Notes: generated from the letters alone by a model not told the origin. Positions 48,873 to 62,399 are shown, counted from the first letter of the whole stretch. The stretch: 63,571 nucleotides of DNA, filler included, from Craspedostauros australis (GCA_030167865.1; 12 parts of 12 records of this genome joined end to end with filler, not necessarily neighbours in it), one strand, 5' to 3'. Made by a program: numbers and translations.

Positions 48873-51800
48873 CAATCGACGTCATTTTGAGATGAAAGGA
48901 GAGGTTCTGCACAAACAGGGNNNNNNNNNNNNNNNNNNNNNNNNNNNNNNNNNNNNNNNNNNNNTTAATTAATTAANNNNNNNNNNNNNNNNNNNNNNNN
49001 NNNNNNNNNNNNNNNNNNNNGCTTGCGCATGATTGTAGTGACAGTTGGGTTGATGCCAGCATATGGACAGAAGTTGGTGTTGATTGAGGCGAAGTAGTTC
49101 TTGCGAGTAGGCCTGTGTACTGTGTGCTGCGTGAAGAGTGCAGTGTGTTGTGTGCTGCATGGCTGTGGCGACAAGGAACTGGAGGTTGTCTGGAAGCCCT
49201 GCAATTGTGTATTGCATTGCACTTGGTCCCATCAGGATGATGTNGAGTGGATGAAAAGTATGGATGACAAGAAAAGGAGAAGGAGAGAATGGGTGTGATT
49301 GTGTTGGTGTGCAAGTGTTTGAAGTGCTGCACACAAACGCACGATGGGCAATTGCTACGGTGATGGTGATGGGTTGCTGCAACTGCGGTTGTGTGTCAAC
49401 ACTTACCTCCAAGCCAGTGCATGTACTGGAAGTGCATGACCTCCACGATTGGATGGATGAGAAGACAAGAACTGCATCCAGGTTGGTGCAAGTCAACCTG
49501 ATGACGCAGACGAGGTTGCTTGGGCCTTTGGCAACATTCTTCATTAACTGCTTGTCGGCATGGCCATTGCAGAGATCCTCGAGGAGGTACCCTGCGCACT
49601 CCACGCATCCCACGATCATGTTCTCAGATAATCCTTTCATGTGCGCGACAGTGGCAGTGGCATGGAACGAATGGTACAGACTCTCAAGGACAACGCAGGC
49701 ACAGATGATCTTTGTGATTTAGCCACAGTGGACATCCTTTGGTATGACATGATGGCTTCGACGCATTGATGGTACCATGCATTCCACCATTTCTTGCTGG
49801 ACATGCAGGAGGATTTGGTCGGTTGTTGATGGCATTGATGTCATTGATGTCATTGATGGCATTGACGGCTGTGGGGGACTGGCCGATGAGCACAGTAGTT
49901 GACCATTGCTCCAAAAGATCTTCGGATGCGAAGAGCGGTATCNTATGTTTGGTTGGCATCTATTGGTGCAGCAGTTTGTCCATTCTGTGTGTTCTGCCAT
50001 TCGTGGANTTGGTCGTTTGTCTGTTGGTTGATTTGCGCTGCTGAATTGTGGATTTTGTTTGTTGTGCGGAGTGATCACTTGTCTGCCCATTCATTTGCGT
50101 TTGTTTGTGTTGGTTTGTTCATGCGTTCGGGAGCGGCGAGCGGCGACAGTTTGGAATGGATTTTGTGGATGGAATTGTTGATCGTACGATGCTCATGCTG
50201 TTTGACATTTGAGCCACGCAGAATCTGTAGTGTGTGCNNNNNNNNNNNNNNNNNNNNNNNNNNNNNNNNNNNNNCCAGAGGAGCAACATCAATTAGAGCA
50301 CAATGATCAATGAGTGGCATTGATGTAGGTGATGACAAATCAAACTGGAACAAGTGATTGTTGCCAAATACTCTGCTGATTTGTTGGTTGCAGCCAACAG
50401 AACTCAGTCAGGTGTTCTCTGTTATGTACCCTGCAGGCTCTGCAGCTGTGACCTGTGAGCTCTGCTTGCTGCCAAATGATGCAGAGTGATCTGTTGATCG
50501 TTTTGAGATACTTTGCTTTATGTACTATGCTCTTTGTTGGATACTCTGGTGTTGGGGATTTGTAGTTTCTTGATTGTTGCCAATTACTTTGCAGTGTATT
50601 CGATGCTTGATCCTTTTCTGCTGCTGGTTGCTTCCTGTTGGATCTTCTCTGTGAATTTGGTTGTGGTTGGATGCTCCTCGTTCTGAATGTGCTTCATTGC
50701 TTCACTACTGGTTGCCAAATGTCATGTGGTGGTGCTCACTACTAACCCACTAGTACCTGGTTGAAGCCAGATACTCTTCTCGATATTGATCCGTGTTTGA
50801 ATTCATTGGCTGTGGTTGGAAGCCCTTTTGCTTCTTCTGGAAACTGCCTACTACTTGTTGATCAATAACAATATTCCCGGANNNNNNNNNNNNNNNNNNN
50901 NNNNNNNNNNNNNNNNNNNNNNNNNNNNNNNNNNNGCAGTCTTCTCATCAGTTGGTTGCTTCAGGAAGCAGTCTGCACTCTGCATTCTGTGTGGCACCGG
51001 TGACTAGTATGTGTGTTGGTGTTTGCCGGATGTTGCCTTTCATGCTTTCGACGGGATGTGGTGCTCTCCGTCTGTTGCGACATACACTGATGAGATCTGT
51101 ACTATATGCTGTGCTCTCTGCCCANCAGNTGCTTCCAGCCAGATGCTCTGCTATTGACCATCAGCCNAATATNCAACTTCTGAAGACTACTGTGATGTTC
51201 ATTCCACANGCTCAATGCTCAGCCATCCACAAGGCTCTGAATGCACCAACTCACTGAGCATTGTCCTTGCCGCTGTGATGTCAGTGTTGTTGAGGTTGCT
51301 GTTGTCCTGATTCACAGCGTTTGCAGCTCGTTGTGCATTGCCAACTGCTCTTCACTGCCCTTTGCCCATTGACATCATAGAGGATGAGAATTTGGTCTGC
51401 AGTGGGAGTGCAAGGAGATGCAGCTCCAGATCCACCATTGCCCTTCAACCATACTTGTATTCCTTGTGTGTCGGTACAGAGTGTTGACGATGGTTGCTGC
51501 ATCCGTTGACGATGCTGNGGTAGGCGTTAGTGGAGTAGCTTGGTAGATTTCTCTGCTGGTGTGTTCATGAGATGGTGGTGTCTCATGGTCGTCGACGATG
51601 CTGTCGGCACTGAACTATGCAGTGTCATTCTGCTCAGCAAACACTGAGCATATCTTCGATAGCCACAATGGAGTCGTTGTTAATGATATGGTTGACCTGC
51701 GGCCCTGGTTGACTTGCTGTGCTGGATGCAATTGCGTTGTTGTTCAGTTTCTGCGGTGGATGGTGTTGTTGGGACGAATCTGTTGGTCCACCCAACGCCT

Positions 51801-51901
51801 CNNNNNNNNNNNNNNNNNNNNNNNNNNNNNNNNNNNNNNNNNNNNTTAATTAATTAANNNNNNNNNNNNNNNNNNNNNNNNNNNNNNNNNNNNNNNNNNN
51901 N

Positions 51902-52284
51902 ACCAACATGGCTGTCACGCCCGCGCGCAGACATCCCAGGAACATGGCGAAGAAGTGCAGACCGAAGTCGTAGCAGAGGACCACGCGGTCGCCTTTATTG
52001 GTGCCCCATTTGTTGCGAAGGAGGTGGGCACAGTGTCCCGCTTCATCCCAGAGCTGCTGGAAGGTGTAGTTATCGATTGCCTTTCCCTTCTCGTTGTACC
52101 AAGTGGAGAAGACGGTGTCGGACTTGCGTTCAACGACGAACTTGATGTGTTCGACGAAGGACTTGTTTTGGATGGATTTGTGGATGATTTCATGCTCAGT
52201 GGGGATGACGTTGGCGTTGGCGGCTTCGATATCATCAACAGCGATGGCGGGGTTGATATTGGAAGGAAGTGATGGGATACTCAT
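51902..52284 (-). CDS. 5' fragment of a fatty acyl-AMP ligase (FAAL)-type adenylate-forming enzyme
   Basis: TWYNEKG...YTFQQLW..A..AH.L...KGDRVVLCYDFGLHFFAMFLGCLRAGV; truncated at scaffold end. Confidence 0.85.
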
Positions 52285-53377
52285 GTTGGGATATGCTGTC
52301 GATACGGACAGGTAGGCTGCAGATGTATTGCGTTTGCTTTGATCTTGTTGAACTGGTTGATTTGTGAATCTGTTTGCCCTCGGACTGGAATTGTGAGGGG
52401 TTGCGAAAGTGAAAGTTCGTGTGGCAAGCATCGTTGTGCAGAGCAATCTGTCGTTGTCAACACATCTCGCTGAGCCACCCGCACCGTCGTCTGCGACTAG
52501 GCGTATCGACCTCTCACTTCAAGCTTCTCTTNGCCACCAGATCCCTTTCGCGGATGGTTCCATCAACCGATCGCGGGAGGAAGTTGCAGTTATGCTGCGG
52601 AGTACGAGTGCTCCGATGCCAGTTTGGCCGGTCATGTTTTTACGGTCGCGAGAGCTCACGACACTCGCTTCTCCCCAACCAAGAATGGGACACAACGCGA
52701 AGCCCACTCCACCAGAGCAAGGAAGAGTAGCNNNNNNNNNNNNNNNNNNNNNNNNNNNNNNNNNNNNNNNNNNNNNNNNNNCTTGTTGAGTCGAGGGGAA
52801 TGTTCGTTGGAAGCACGCATAGAGCACACACGAACCCATTCGCATGATGCCATGCACGGAATGAGCCGAGCATCCATTTCTTGAGTTCTATCACATTTCC
52901 TCCATCCTAACCTGCGTGCGTGATTGCCAATGGCATGGTGCTTCTTCTCTGGTCGCCACACGGTGTTCGTGTCTGGAACTGGGCGAGTGCAACAGTGGAT
53001 CGTATTGTATGCAGGGTGCCCCACCACTCTGTGGTTCCTATTCTTCAATGGTTCCCATGTTCCTTCTCTGTTGGTCACTCTGGTCGTGACTGGTGGCCAC
53101 GCGCATGTCGAAAATTGTCTGGGACACCAGGCAAAAAGCAACGAAATCGGAAATTCGACTAGTACAACGAATTAGACACCCAACAACGATTTTGTCGCCC
53201 AAACACGAGAAAGCCACATCTGGGACACCCAATAAATTGTCCAGAATACCGAAAATTACATGTTTTTGAATCTTGCCGGACTAATACAAGAGAAAATCAA
53301 TGCGATGATCGAATTGTGTGTTGACTTCTTCAAACACGACAATTAAGCCAGAAACTCCTTGAAATGTGAAATGATCA

Positions 53378-53508
53378 TTAACGGACAAGTCTATTGTCGG
53401 ACAAAAACAGATCCGGACAAATCCGGACAAGAATCCACGTTGACCCGTGGGAAGTAGAGTTGTCCGGATTTGTCCTCATGTTCAACTGTGTCCGATATAG
53501 TCCGTTAA
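53378..53508. repeat. ~130-bp imperfect palindrome bounded by TTAA
   Basis: ttaacggac..tcggaca..ggacaaatccggacaa mirrored by ttgtccggatttgtcc..tgtccga..gtccgttaa. Confidence 0.75.
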
Positions 53509-53934
53509 GACGGTGCTCGCCATTGCTGAATTCTTCTCTCAAATGGTCGACTTCGAAGAAAACCATGACAAACTTGATCGAAACTGTGGTTCTGTCCATT
53601 TTCAGTCCTGCAATACTAGAAAAGATGTCAACACCCAAATTCTGGACAAATCATCGGGCGTCCGTGAGTCAGCCATGATTCACTATCACCCAGTTTTCCT
53701 CTGTATTCGTGAGCATAGACTGTCGCATTGAAAGAACGCGACGACTTGCTCTGCTCTGTTTACAGAGAGTACACCTAGGATATCAACATGAGACAGGAAA
53801 GAGCGCAAGTAGAGTAGATACAGCGCGGCACCATTCGGCGTTGCCGGTGGTTTATCAACAAGTGCACTTTGGAACACATTACGAGTGTGTGTCGTCGGTT
53901 CCACCAACCCACTTTCACCCATTCACTCATCCTC

Positions 53935-55660
53935 TCATTCGCTCATCATCCTTTGCTGGGTAAAACCTGAAGGAAATTGCATGCCACCACCAGCACCGCC
54001 GCGGTCACCGCCACCCTCATCTCCATCCTTCTTCGGTTTGTCACGTGCGACGTCGATGCCCGGTAGCTTGGCCTTCAATCGTTTCGCAGCATCTTCCACG
54101 TCCAAACCGGTCTTGTTACCACCGACGACCAGTAATCGCAGCTTCGACTCGAAGACTTCGTCGGCATCCTGCATCATGCCCTCCAACAATTTCACGACCC
54201 CACTCTCATCCACATCATTCCCACCAACGTCCAACACTTCCAATGTGCGATGGCCGCCACGCAGCATCGGCGCGAGCTGTGCCAACCCGCCCGATCCGAG
54301 CTGATTGTTGAACAGCACGAGCTCCCGCAGCTGGCCGTGCTCAATCATATCACGTGCGCCGGTGACACCGCACTGCGTGCCGGTCAGATCCAACTTGGAC
54401 AGCTTCAATCTGTCTTCGCCCCGCAGCTTGTTCAGTGTTCTCGCAAGACGCTGTACGCTCTGCTCGTCGAAAGCGTTGTTGGACAGAATGAGATCATCGA
54501 GCTGATGGCAATGCCCCGCGATGGTCTCCAGCTTGTCGATGAACGATTCCAGTCCAGCCGAAGTGATGTTGTTGCTGCCGACATGCAGCACCCGCAAGCT
54601 GGAGATGCATTTTGCGGATGCGTCGGCGAAGCAGCGATCCGCCAGCGATCGCAGCCCTTCATCTCCGATTTGGCAATTCTCCAGATGAAGCTCGGTGATT
54701 GAGGAAGTCGGAATCAACGACGCGATGCTATCCATGCCGTCGCTCTGTATCGAGGGGTTGTTGTCCAGCCGCAGCTTGAGCGATCGCTGCGACAACGACG
54801 ATGATGACGATGGCTGTGACTGCATGATGGATGCNNNNNNNNNNNNNNNNNNNNNNNNNNNNNNNNNNNNNNNNNNNNNNNNNNCATCGGCGCGAGCTGT
54901 GCCAACCCGTCCGATCCGAGCTGATTATTGAACAGCACGAGCTCCCGCAGCTGGCCGTGCTCAATCATATCACGTGCGCCGGTGACGCCGCACTGCGTGC
55001 CGGTCAGATCCAACTTGGACAGCTTCAATCTGTCTTCGCCTCGCAGCTTGTTCAGTGTTGTCGCTAGACGCTGTACGCTCTGCTCGTCGAAAGTGTTGTT
55101 GGACAGAATGAGATCATCGAGCTGATGGCAATGCCCCGCGATGGTCTCCAGCTTGTCGATGAACGATTCCAGTCCAGCCGAAGTGATGTTGTTGCTGCCG
55201 ACATGCAGCACCCGCAAGCTGGAGATGCATTTTGCGGATGCGTCGGCGAAGCAGCGATCCGCCAGCGATCGCAGCCCTTCATCTCCGATTTGGCAATTCT
55301 CCAGATGAAGCTCGGTGATTGAGGAAGTCGGAATCAACGACGCGATGCTATCCATGCCGTCGCTCTGTATCGAGGGGTTGTTGTCCAGCCGCAGCTTGAG
55401 CGATCGCTGCGACAACGACGATGATGACGATGGCTGTGACTGCATGATGGATGCAAGACCAGCACATGATTTGACGTTCAAATTGCATTCCGACAAATCT
55501 AGTTCCTGCAAATTGCCAAAGCAACCGACGGCATGGACATCTGCGATCGAAGCAAAGGAACCTTCGGTGCCGATGCCTTCATTCCTGGAAAGGTTGAGTG
55601 TTTTCAGCCTGCTGCTTTTGCCCAATGTCGCAATGATGCGTTGCATGCCCTTTGCGCCGC
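53935..55660 (-). CDS. RNI-like leucine-rich repeat protein, last exon (5'-partial; ~570 bp assembled twice)
   Basis: Repeated LxxLxLxxNx(I/L)xxxG units (LHLENCQIGDEG, LHVGSNNITSAG, LVLFNNQLGSGG, LDVGGNDV); CAG acceptor near 55660. Confidence 0.9.
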
Positions 55661-57191
55661 TGGGCGTTGATGCGGGATGGGGTGATACGTTGTGAAAAAT
55701 TGATATGGGGTGGCGGCAGGTGCGAATCGCACATCGACAGTTCCGCAGTTGAAATGCTTCGTCAGCAATGGTATATGCGGCACATTGGCAATTGTCAAAA
55801 TAGTCAACNNNNNNNNNNNNNNNNNNNNNNNNNNNNNNNNNNNNNNNNNNNNTTAATTAATTAANNNNNNNNNNNNNNNNNNNNNNNNNNNNNNNNNNNN
55901 NNNNNNNNACAGGCGCGCAAGCCTCTTCCATCCCCGGTTGGCACTTTGTTTCGTCTGTTGGACCTGTTCGTGGCATCGATGGAATCGCGAGTATCTTCCG
56001 GTTGCGGTGGTGTGGTGGTTGCCTGCTGTGTGTTGTTCGTCGGCCCCTTGTGTGCCGTTGAAGTTGGTGCTCTCGGCTCGTGATTCGAAATTTTGTCGTG
56101 TCGGCGACTTCAAACACACCAACACCTGTATTTGAATCCAATGTTCACATGCAGCAATGAACATGAGGCCATTCCAAGATGTTGCCACCATCTATCAATG
56201 ATCATTGCTGGCGACAATGGTTTCAGAGCAGTGCAACGGATCCATAACAGTCAGCGATCGCTCGATTTGTTGGGGCGTGACGCTGTATCACTTCTTGCCC
56301 ATCAACATGCACACAACATTTGATTGAGACATCAACACTTTGATCGCACACATTCTGATCATCCCCCTCCCAACATCTCCGCAACACGAACAACATCAAC
56401 ATGAGGATCACTCTCGGAGCCAAGGTCNNNNNNNNNNNNNNNNNNNNNNNNNNNNNNNNNNNNNNNNNNNNNNNNNNNNNNNNNNNNNNNNNNNNNNNNN
56501 NNNNNNNNNNNNNNNNNNNNNNNNNNNNNNNNNNNNNNNNNNNNNNNNNNNNNNNNNNNNNNNNNNNNNNNNNNNNNNNNNGCCTGGAAGGCGATGAAAG
56601 TCCACTTCCCGACACCAAGGTCAAAGAATACATTCAAACCATCTTCGTTGGAAAAGGAGTTGCGGCGTTGGATGCTTTTGCAAAGAGCCACAGATTCCTC
56701 CCGCCACCAGAGGCGATCACTGGACCGGCGGATGCACCTGCAGTCAGCCANNNNNNNNNNNNNNNNNNNNNNNNNNNNNNNNNNNNNNNNNNNNNNNNNN
56801 GTGTGGTGGTTGCCTGCTGTGTGTTGTTCGTCGGCCCCTTGTGTGCCGTTGAAGTTGGTGCTCTCGGCTCGTGATTCGAAATTTTGTCGTGTCGGCGACT
56901 TCAAACACACCAACACCTGTATTTGAATCCAATGTTCACATGCAGCAATGAACATGAGGCCATTCCAAGATGTTGCCACCATCTATCAATGATCNNNNNN
57001 NNNNNNNNNNNNNNNNNNNNNNNNNNNNNNNNNNNNNNNNNNNNNNNNNNNNNNNNNNNNNNNNNNNNNNNNNNNNNNNNNNNNNNNNNNNNNNNNNNNN
57101 NNNNNNNNNNNNNNNNNNNNNNNNNNNNNNNNNATCGCACACATTCTGATCATCCCCCTCCCAACATCTCCGCAACACGAACAACATCAAC

Positions 57192-59962
57192 ATGAGGATC
57201 ACTCTCGGAGCCAAGGTCGCTGGCAGATGCGGGCCTCGTCGGTCCAACGCACCTCGCAAAAAGCATGGCTACATCGTGGGACGCATGATCAAGGTTCTTC
57301 CCAAACACAACTGGATCGTCCATTGGGAATCCTTGGGTGTCGTATGCCAACACAGTTCCCAAACCCTCATTTGCCTGGAAGGCGATGAAAGTCCACTTCC
57401 CGACACCAAGGTCAAAGAATACATTCAAACCATCTTCGTTGGAAAAGGAGTTGCGGCGTTGGATGCTTTTGCAAAGAGCCACAGATTCCTCCCGCCACCA
57501 GAGGCGATCACTGGACCGGCGGATGCACCTGCAGTCAGCCAAGACTTGGGTGTTGGGACGAACTCTCCATCCAGCAACATTCTCCCAAGCAACGATCCGG
57601 CTGCAACTTCTCTACCACTGAACTCTCCTCCCATCAACATTCACCTGACCAATGTTCCGGCCGCAACTTCCCAACCAACAAACTCTTCGCACACGCCCCC
57701 AACCAACAAAGTCAGTATTGACGGCGGATCCGAAGAGCCAGAGGATGACACATCTATGGATTGCAACATTGACAACAACTTTGACAACGACGTGTTGAAT
57801 TATGCAATTGAGATGGAGGAACAAATCCTCCACTATGAACCACATCACGCAGAGAAGGCCACACTGATCTCCGACAACACCTCCATCAGCGTGGGATCTC
57901 GAGCCGACGTAATGACGTGGAAGGTTGTACCAGATGACCACATTGGCAGCCCCAAAGATGGATCTTCACGGGAGTGGGTGGGGGTTGCAAACTTTGACTT
58001 CGCCAACCTAACTGTCGCGGGCAGGGGCAGGGACAGCAGGTACCAACGTATCAACATGCTGCATCTCCTACAGCACATGTGGCCTGGCGACTGGATTGCC
58101 CAGGTTGACAAGCTCAATCAAAGGATCATCACAAGGCAACTTCCCACAAGAATATCAGAGGATCAGATCGACAATCACCTCATATCTCATCACAAGTTTT
58201 GGGTGTTCTTTGGATTGCTCCTTCTGGGCACTATCGAAGGCACATCCTGCCTGTGGGGCGACGGAGACACTGAAGGATTCAAACAGCCAATGGACGTCAC
58301 CAACCACATGAAGAATTATCAGTTTCGTGCCATCCGAGAATCACTGATCCCACACATCTTCGCGGATGCATCCAAGCAATTCTCGGATCCATGGTGGCAA
58401 ATTCAACCAGGTGTGGATGCTTTCAACNNNAAGCGGGCGGAGATCATGTGCGCGAGCACACTGAAGGTGATGGATGAATCCATGAGTGCCTTCAAGACAC
58501 GAACAACCAAGAATGGGAACCTTCCTCACCTATCCTTCGTCCGCCGCAAACCTGAGCCGCTGGGCATGGAATTCAAGACCGTTGCCGATGGAGAGACAGG
58601 GATCATGCTGTTCTTGGAGATCCAACGGGGCAAGGAGGGAATGGAGGGTGCGGCCTTCCTTGACAGGGTGAAGGGCAAGAACGCTGCATGCACCCTTCGC
58701 ATGGCAACAACAACCAACGTCTGCACCGATCCTTCGAAATCTCCGGATGATCCGCAGTTCAACCAGGGCAAGAGCATCTTCCTGGGAGACTCGTGGTTCG
58801 CGTCTGTGGAGGCCACCAAGGCGCTTGAAACAGAGCTGGGTGCAAAGTTCATCGGCATTGTGAAGACGGCTCATCGTTTGTACCCCAAAGTCTTCCTGGA
58901 GACCACAATGAAGGCGTGGCCATCCGGAAGCCAGCTGCTGATGGAAAGTGAGTGCGGCGGTCACAAGTACTACACACTGGGGTACAAGTACTGCAAGGCC
59001 AAGGTACTCTGCTTCGTCTTTTCCGCGGGAGCTGGGCATGCAGGCTGCGGGGCGCCGTATTTGTCGAAGTGGATCTCGGACGATGGGTGCCCCATGACAA
59101 AGAAAGTGGATCGGCCGAGTGTCGCTTCGAAGTACTTTGAAAGCTGCAACAAGGTCGATGTCCACAACCAGGCTCGACAGGACATCCTCGGTCTGGAGAG
59201 AACTTGGCCCACATGCGACGGATACTTCAGGCTTGTCACGACTCTCTTTGGGATAACCGTTGTGGATGCATGGAGGGCATACTGATGCCACTTGGCGGGC
59301 AAGCACCAACACAAGAATGTGCCTCTCATGGATTTCGTGAACATGATGGTCAAGGACATGCTCCACAACAACGAAGCCCCTGATCCACCAAGCTCATTTG
59401 CCAGGATGAGAAGCGACCAGCCATCGGAAGTGCAATGTGGTGGCAATGGTGGCTCCTTGTCTTNNNNNNNNNNNNNNNNNNNNNNNNNNNNNNNNNNNNN
59501 NNNNNNNNNNNNNNNNNNNNNNNNNNCTGAGTGGCCCCGAGCAGACTTGATCAATGGCCACCACTTGGTAAAGCACCCAGGTAGAGTCCGGAACGGGAAG
59601 ATTGACCATACGAAGCAGGGGATCGCCAGGTTCATGACGAGAGGGAAATGGGGCAGATGTTGTGTGTGCACGAACTCGTCAAGGTACCATTGCCTGAACT
59701 GTCGAACAGGGTCTCCAGGCCAAACTGTTTGGTGCNNNNNNNNNNNNNNNNNNNNNNNNNNNNNNNNNNNNNNNNNNNNNNNNNNTCGTCAAGGTACCAT
59801 TGCCTGAACTGTCGAACAGGGTCTCCAGGCCAAACTGTTTGGTGCTGCGAAATGAAGGAGTACGACGGATTATTTCGACGATGTTTCGAAATCCATGCAG
59901 AGAAACATGCAGGATCAAGGTCGCGTAGTTCCACACACCCAGACAGCATGACAGATAGTTAA
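57192..59962 (+). mobile_element. piggyBac-like (DDE_Tnp_1_7) transposase with one premature TGA (59283-59285) and C-terminal Cys-rich domain
   Basis: VMDESMS, RKPEPLGMEFK, GDSWFASV, FIGIVKTAH, VDVHNQ, CCVC..YHCLNC..CC..CFEIH; 5' region re-assembled at 55909-57190. Confidence 0.93.
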
Positions 59963-60402
59963 AGAAAGATGAGTGAAGAAGTCTGTGTCACAACTCTTTC
60001 TATGTTCAATAGATTGTATGCAGAATCCAATGCAATGCAGGAAAGGAAGTGAAACGCCGCAGGGGGGATGATCGGCAGGAAGAAGCGATGCCACCAGTTT
60101 TCAGTGACCCGACCCGNCGATATTGGATGTGGCAGAACTCAACGAGGAGAAGAGATGTGAACACCAAACTTCGGGGAGGGATGCANCAGATGCAGGACAG
60201 ATAGCTGGTAAANTTTNGTGTTGGTAGGATTGAGTGAATGTTAATCCGGAGCAAAAGAGTGCGGATGTTGGTGTTTTTTGCAAGTTGGTGCTGTTTCCCT
60301 CGTAGCGGCTCCGTAGAGTTGTACCAGGATTCGACTACTTCGACCCTGTAGCCCTTTGTGGCCCCTTGTGGCCCCAAATGGGGGCGACACAAAAAGCGGA
60401 TA

Positions 60403-60481
60403 GGCACTATTTAGGGCACCTTTTCAAAATGTGCCTTAAATAGAGCATCTTTTCAAAACGTGCCATAAATAGGGCATCTTT
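60403..60481. repeat. Direct/inverted repeats downstream of the transposase (possible subterminal array)
   Basis: tatttagggcac/gtgccttaaata hairpin and 2-3 copies of gca.cttttcaaaa.gtgcc.taaatag. Confidence 0.65.
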
Positions 60482-61643
60482 GTTCGATGTAGGCTAGAGA
60501 CAATTCAATCACGGATTGATGAAACCAGAATGTCCAAATACGACATTCTAACCACAGATGGTGATGCTGTTCGTTAGTCCGATAGTCCGTTTTACCGGAA
60601 GTCCCTGGCACACTTCCTTCTGCAAACACTGTCCAGATGATGAGCGCGATNNNNGGTGCTTCAATTCCCCCATCTGAACAAGTTCGGGTGGAGGATGCAC
60701 GCCTTGTGCGGAAACGTGAAGCTTACGGATGGCAGAGCTGAGGCCAGATCACACATCATGCTGGAGATGTGTGCGATGTCTTGGCGTTGATGCCGATGCT
60801 GCACATCTTTGATCCAATGATGCCTTTGGCCAAGTCGTCAAGCTGGAGCATTGCTCAAGACACACACACCCTGAGGTGAATTGGTCCTGAGATGTGAAAA
60901 ACAATGGCTTGGCACCAATGCATCATATGGTACCAATACATTGCACCTGAAACGTATCGCTTTGAACACTGGAGTATCCGAAAATCCAACCAATTGGTTG
61001 GACTGCAACAAGCCTTGCACACTCCAACGGCAGTGATCCAAGACAGTGCAAGAGTAGAGCCAGGTGAGCATAGTTTCACTATCAGCACATACATGATCAC
61101 ATCAGTGGCAATCTTCAATTGGTGTCACATGACATCCCCTTGGCTGCTCTCCTGCTTGCACACTGTCTCTTGTTCTATCTTTTTGCTCAGCTCGATCCCA
61201 ATCGTGCACCAAATCCAGATCAAGAGCCACCCACACATGTCAAGTCAGATGTCATCGCAACATTCACACACTTCACCAAGTGATCATTCAGAGCATCGTT
61301 CGACACAGTGATGAGGGCACAAGTGTTGGAAATCCTCCAGGTATCGCAAAGGTATGCTTCGGTTGCATCAAGCTTGACCAAAGCACAATTGGCAAGGTGT
61401 ATGGCTCTTTCTTTGCTCGTCGGCTCACCAGCTGCCCCATGGCTGGTCCGAACAATCGGGTGAATGCTTGCATACCACAAGGACCCAACAATGAGATGAC
61501 AATGAAAGTGTCAATAGTGACTCCAACTGAGGTTCAATGCTGTTGATATTCCAAGCTCCTCACCCACTCACAGCCACATCCATCCTGTTTCACTATCCAC
61601 AACCAAACCAAATCATGAAGTGCAAGCTATCCATTGCATGATG

Positions 61644-62399
61644 TGTTGGAAATCCGGGGTTAAGGTAGTAGATTAATCTGTTATCAATCTGTACCAATTT
61701 AGAACTGTGAGAACAAACTCCTTGACTCTCCAATTCCGATTCAGCAGCAAGTGTAATCCGTAGCAGTTCACCATGATCATGCACATGTCCATGGTTGCTT
61801 TCATCTGCTTCATCATCTTGCTCTCATGCTCTCTTCTGCAGATTCATCATGCATCATCGTGGTGATTTGCATCTTCTACATTCGAGCAGCATCTCTCATA
61901 GACGCACAGGTACCTTCAGCATGGGTCTCAGTCTGATCGATCCCACTTGACCTTCGGTTCCTCAGTACTCCTCCTGCGCCATCATCACATACTCACCGGT
62001 CATGTTCATTCCATGTCGCGTCGTCAATCGTGCTCTTGAGCGGATAGGGGCATCGCTCCTGTTTCTCTTTCTCGGAGAGGCGATCCCTTGTCCGTCGATG
62101 CGTGTCGACATGTCTGATACATATCGACAGTTTCGTCCATAGTCTTGGCTCATGTGCGATTACATCCCTAGAGGTCGATCCATAGGTTCGCCCTCATCAC
62201 AGCGGTGGTACATGGATAGGNNNNNNNNNNNNNNNNNNNNNNNNNNNNNNNNNNNNNNNNNNNNNNNGTTGATGGGGGACAGGCTGCAAGGTGGTCCGAG
62301 TGTTACCAACAAAGTTGACCTCGTCGAGTTGTGAAGATATTATTGGGAGGTGCGGCAATCATGGGTATCTTAGTAAAAGCGTACCCCCGATTCCTGACA
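61644..62399 (-). mobile_element. TG..CA element family member flanked by ATGATG on both sides
   Basis: TGTTGGAAATCCGGGGT at 61644, CCCCCGATTCCTGACA at 62399; ATGATG at 61638-61643 and 62400-62405. Confidence 0.85.

Larger units (their letters stand above)
5304..55864. other. Eleven artificial scaffold linkers (N44-TTAATTAATTAA-N44) at 5304, 11594, 17223, 24058, 26784, 30554, 38045, 45636, 48965, 51846, 55853
   Basis: Identical 12-mer with stops in all six frames, always centred in a 100-bp N block; flanking contents are unrelated. Confidence 0.97.

Noticed and set aside
49021..51801. Coding remnants in this scaffold and at 60600-61600
   Set aside because: Only short frames with no recognisable motif; CpG-eroded and ambiguous bases, cannot be called
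5304..55864. TTAATTAATTAA as piggyBac target sites or a regulatory motif
   Set aside because: Always centred in fixed 100-bp N blocks: an artificial linker. Gene neighbourhoods across linkers are meaningless
41900..59300. Alternative genetic code (TGA read-through)
   Set aside because: In-frame TGAs are confined to transposons and pseudogenes, while intact host genes end normally at TGA/TAA; mutation explains them
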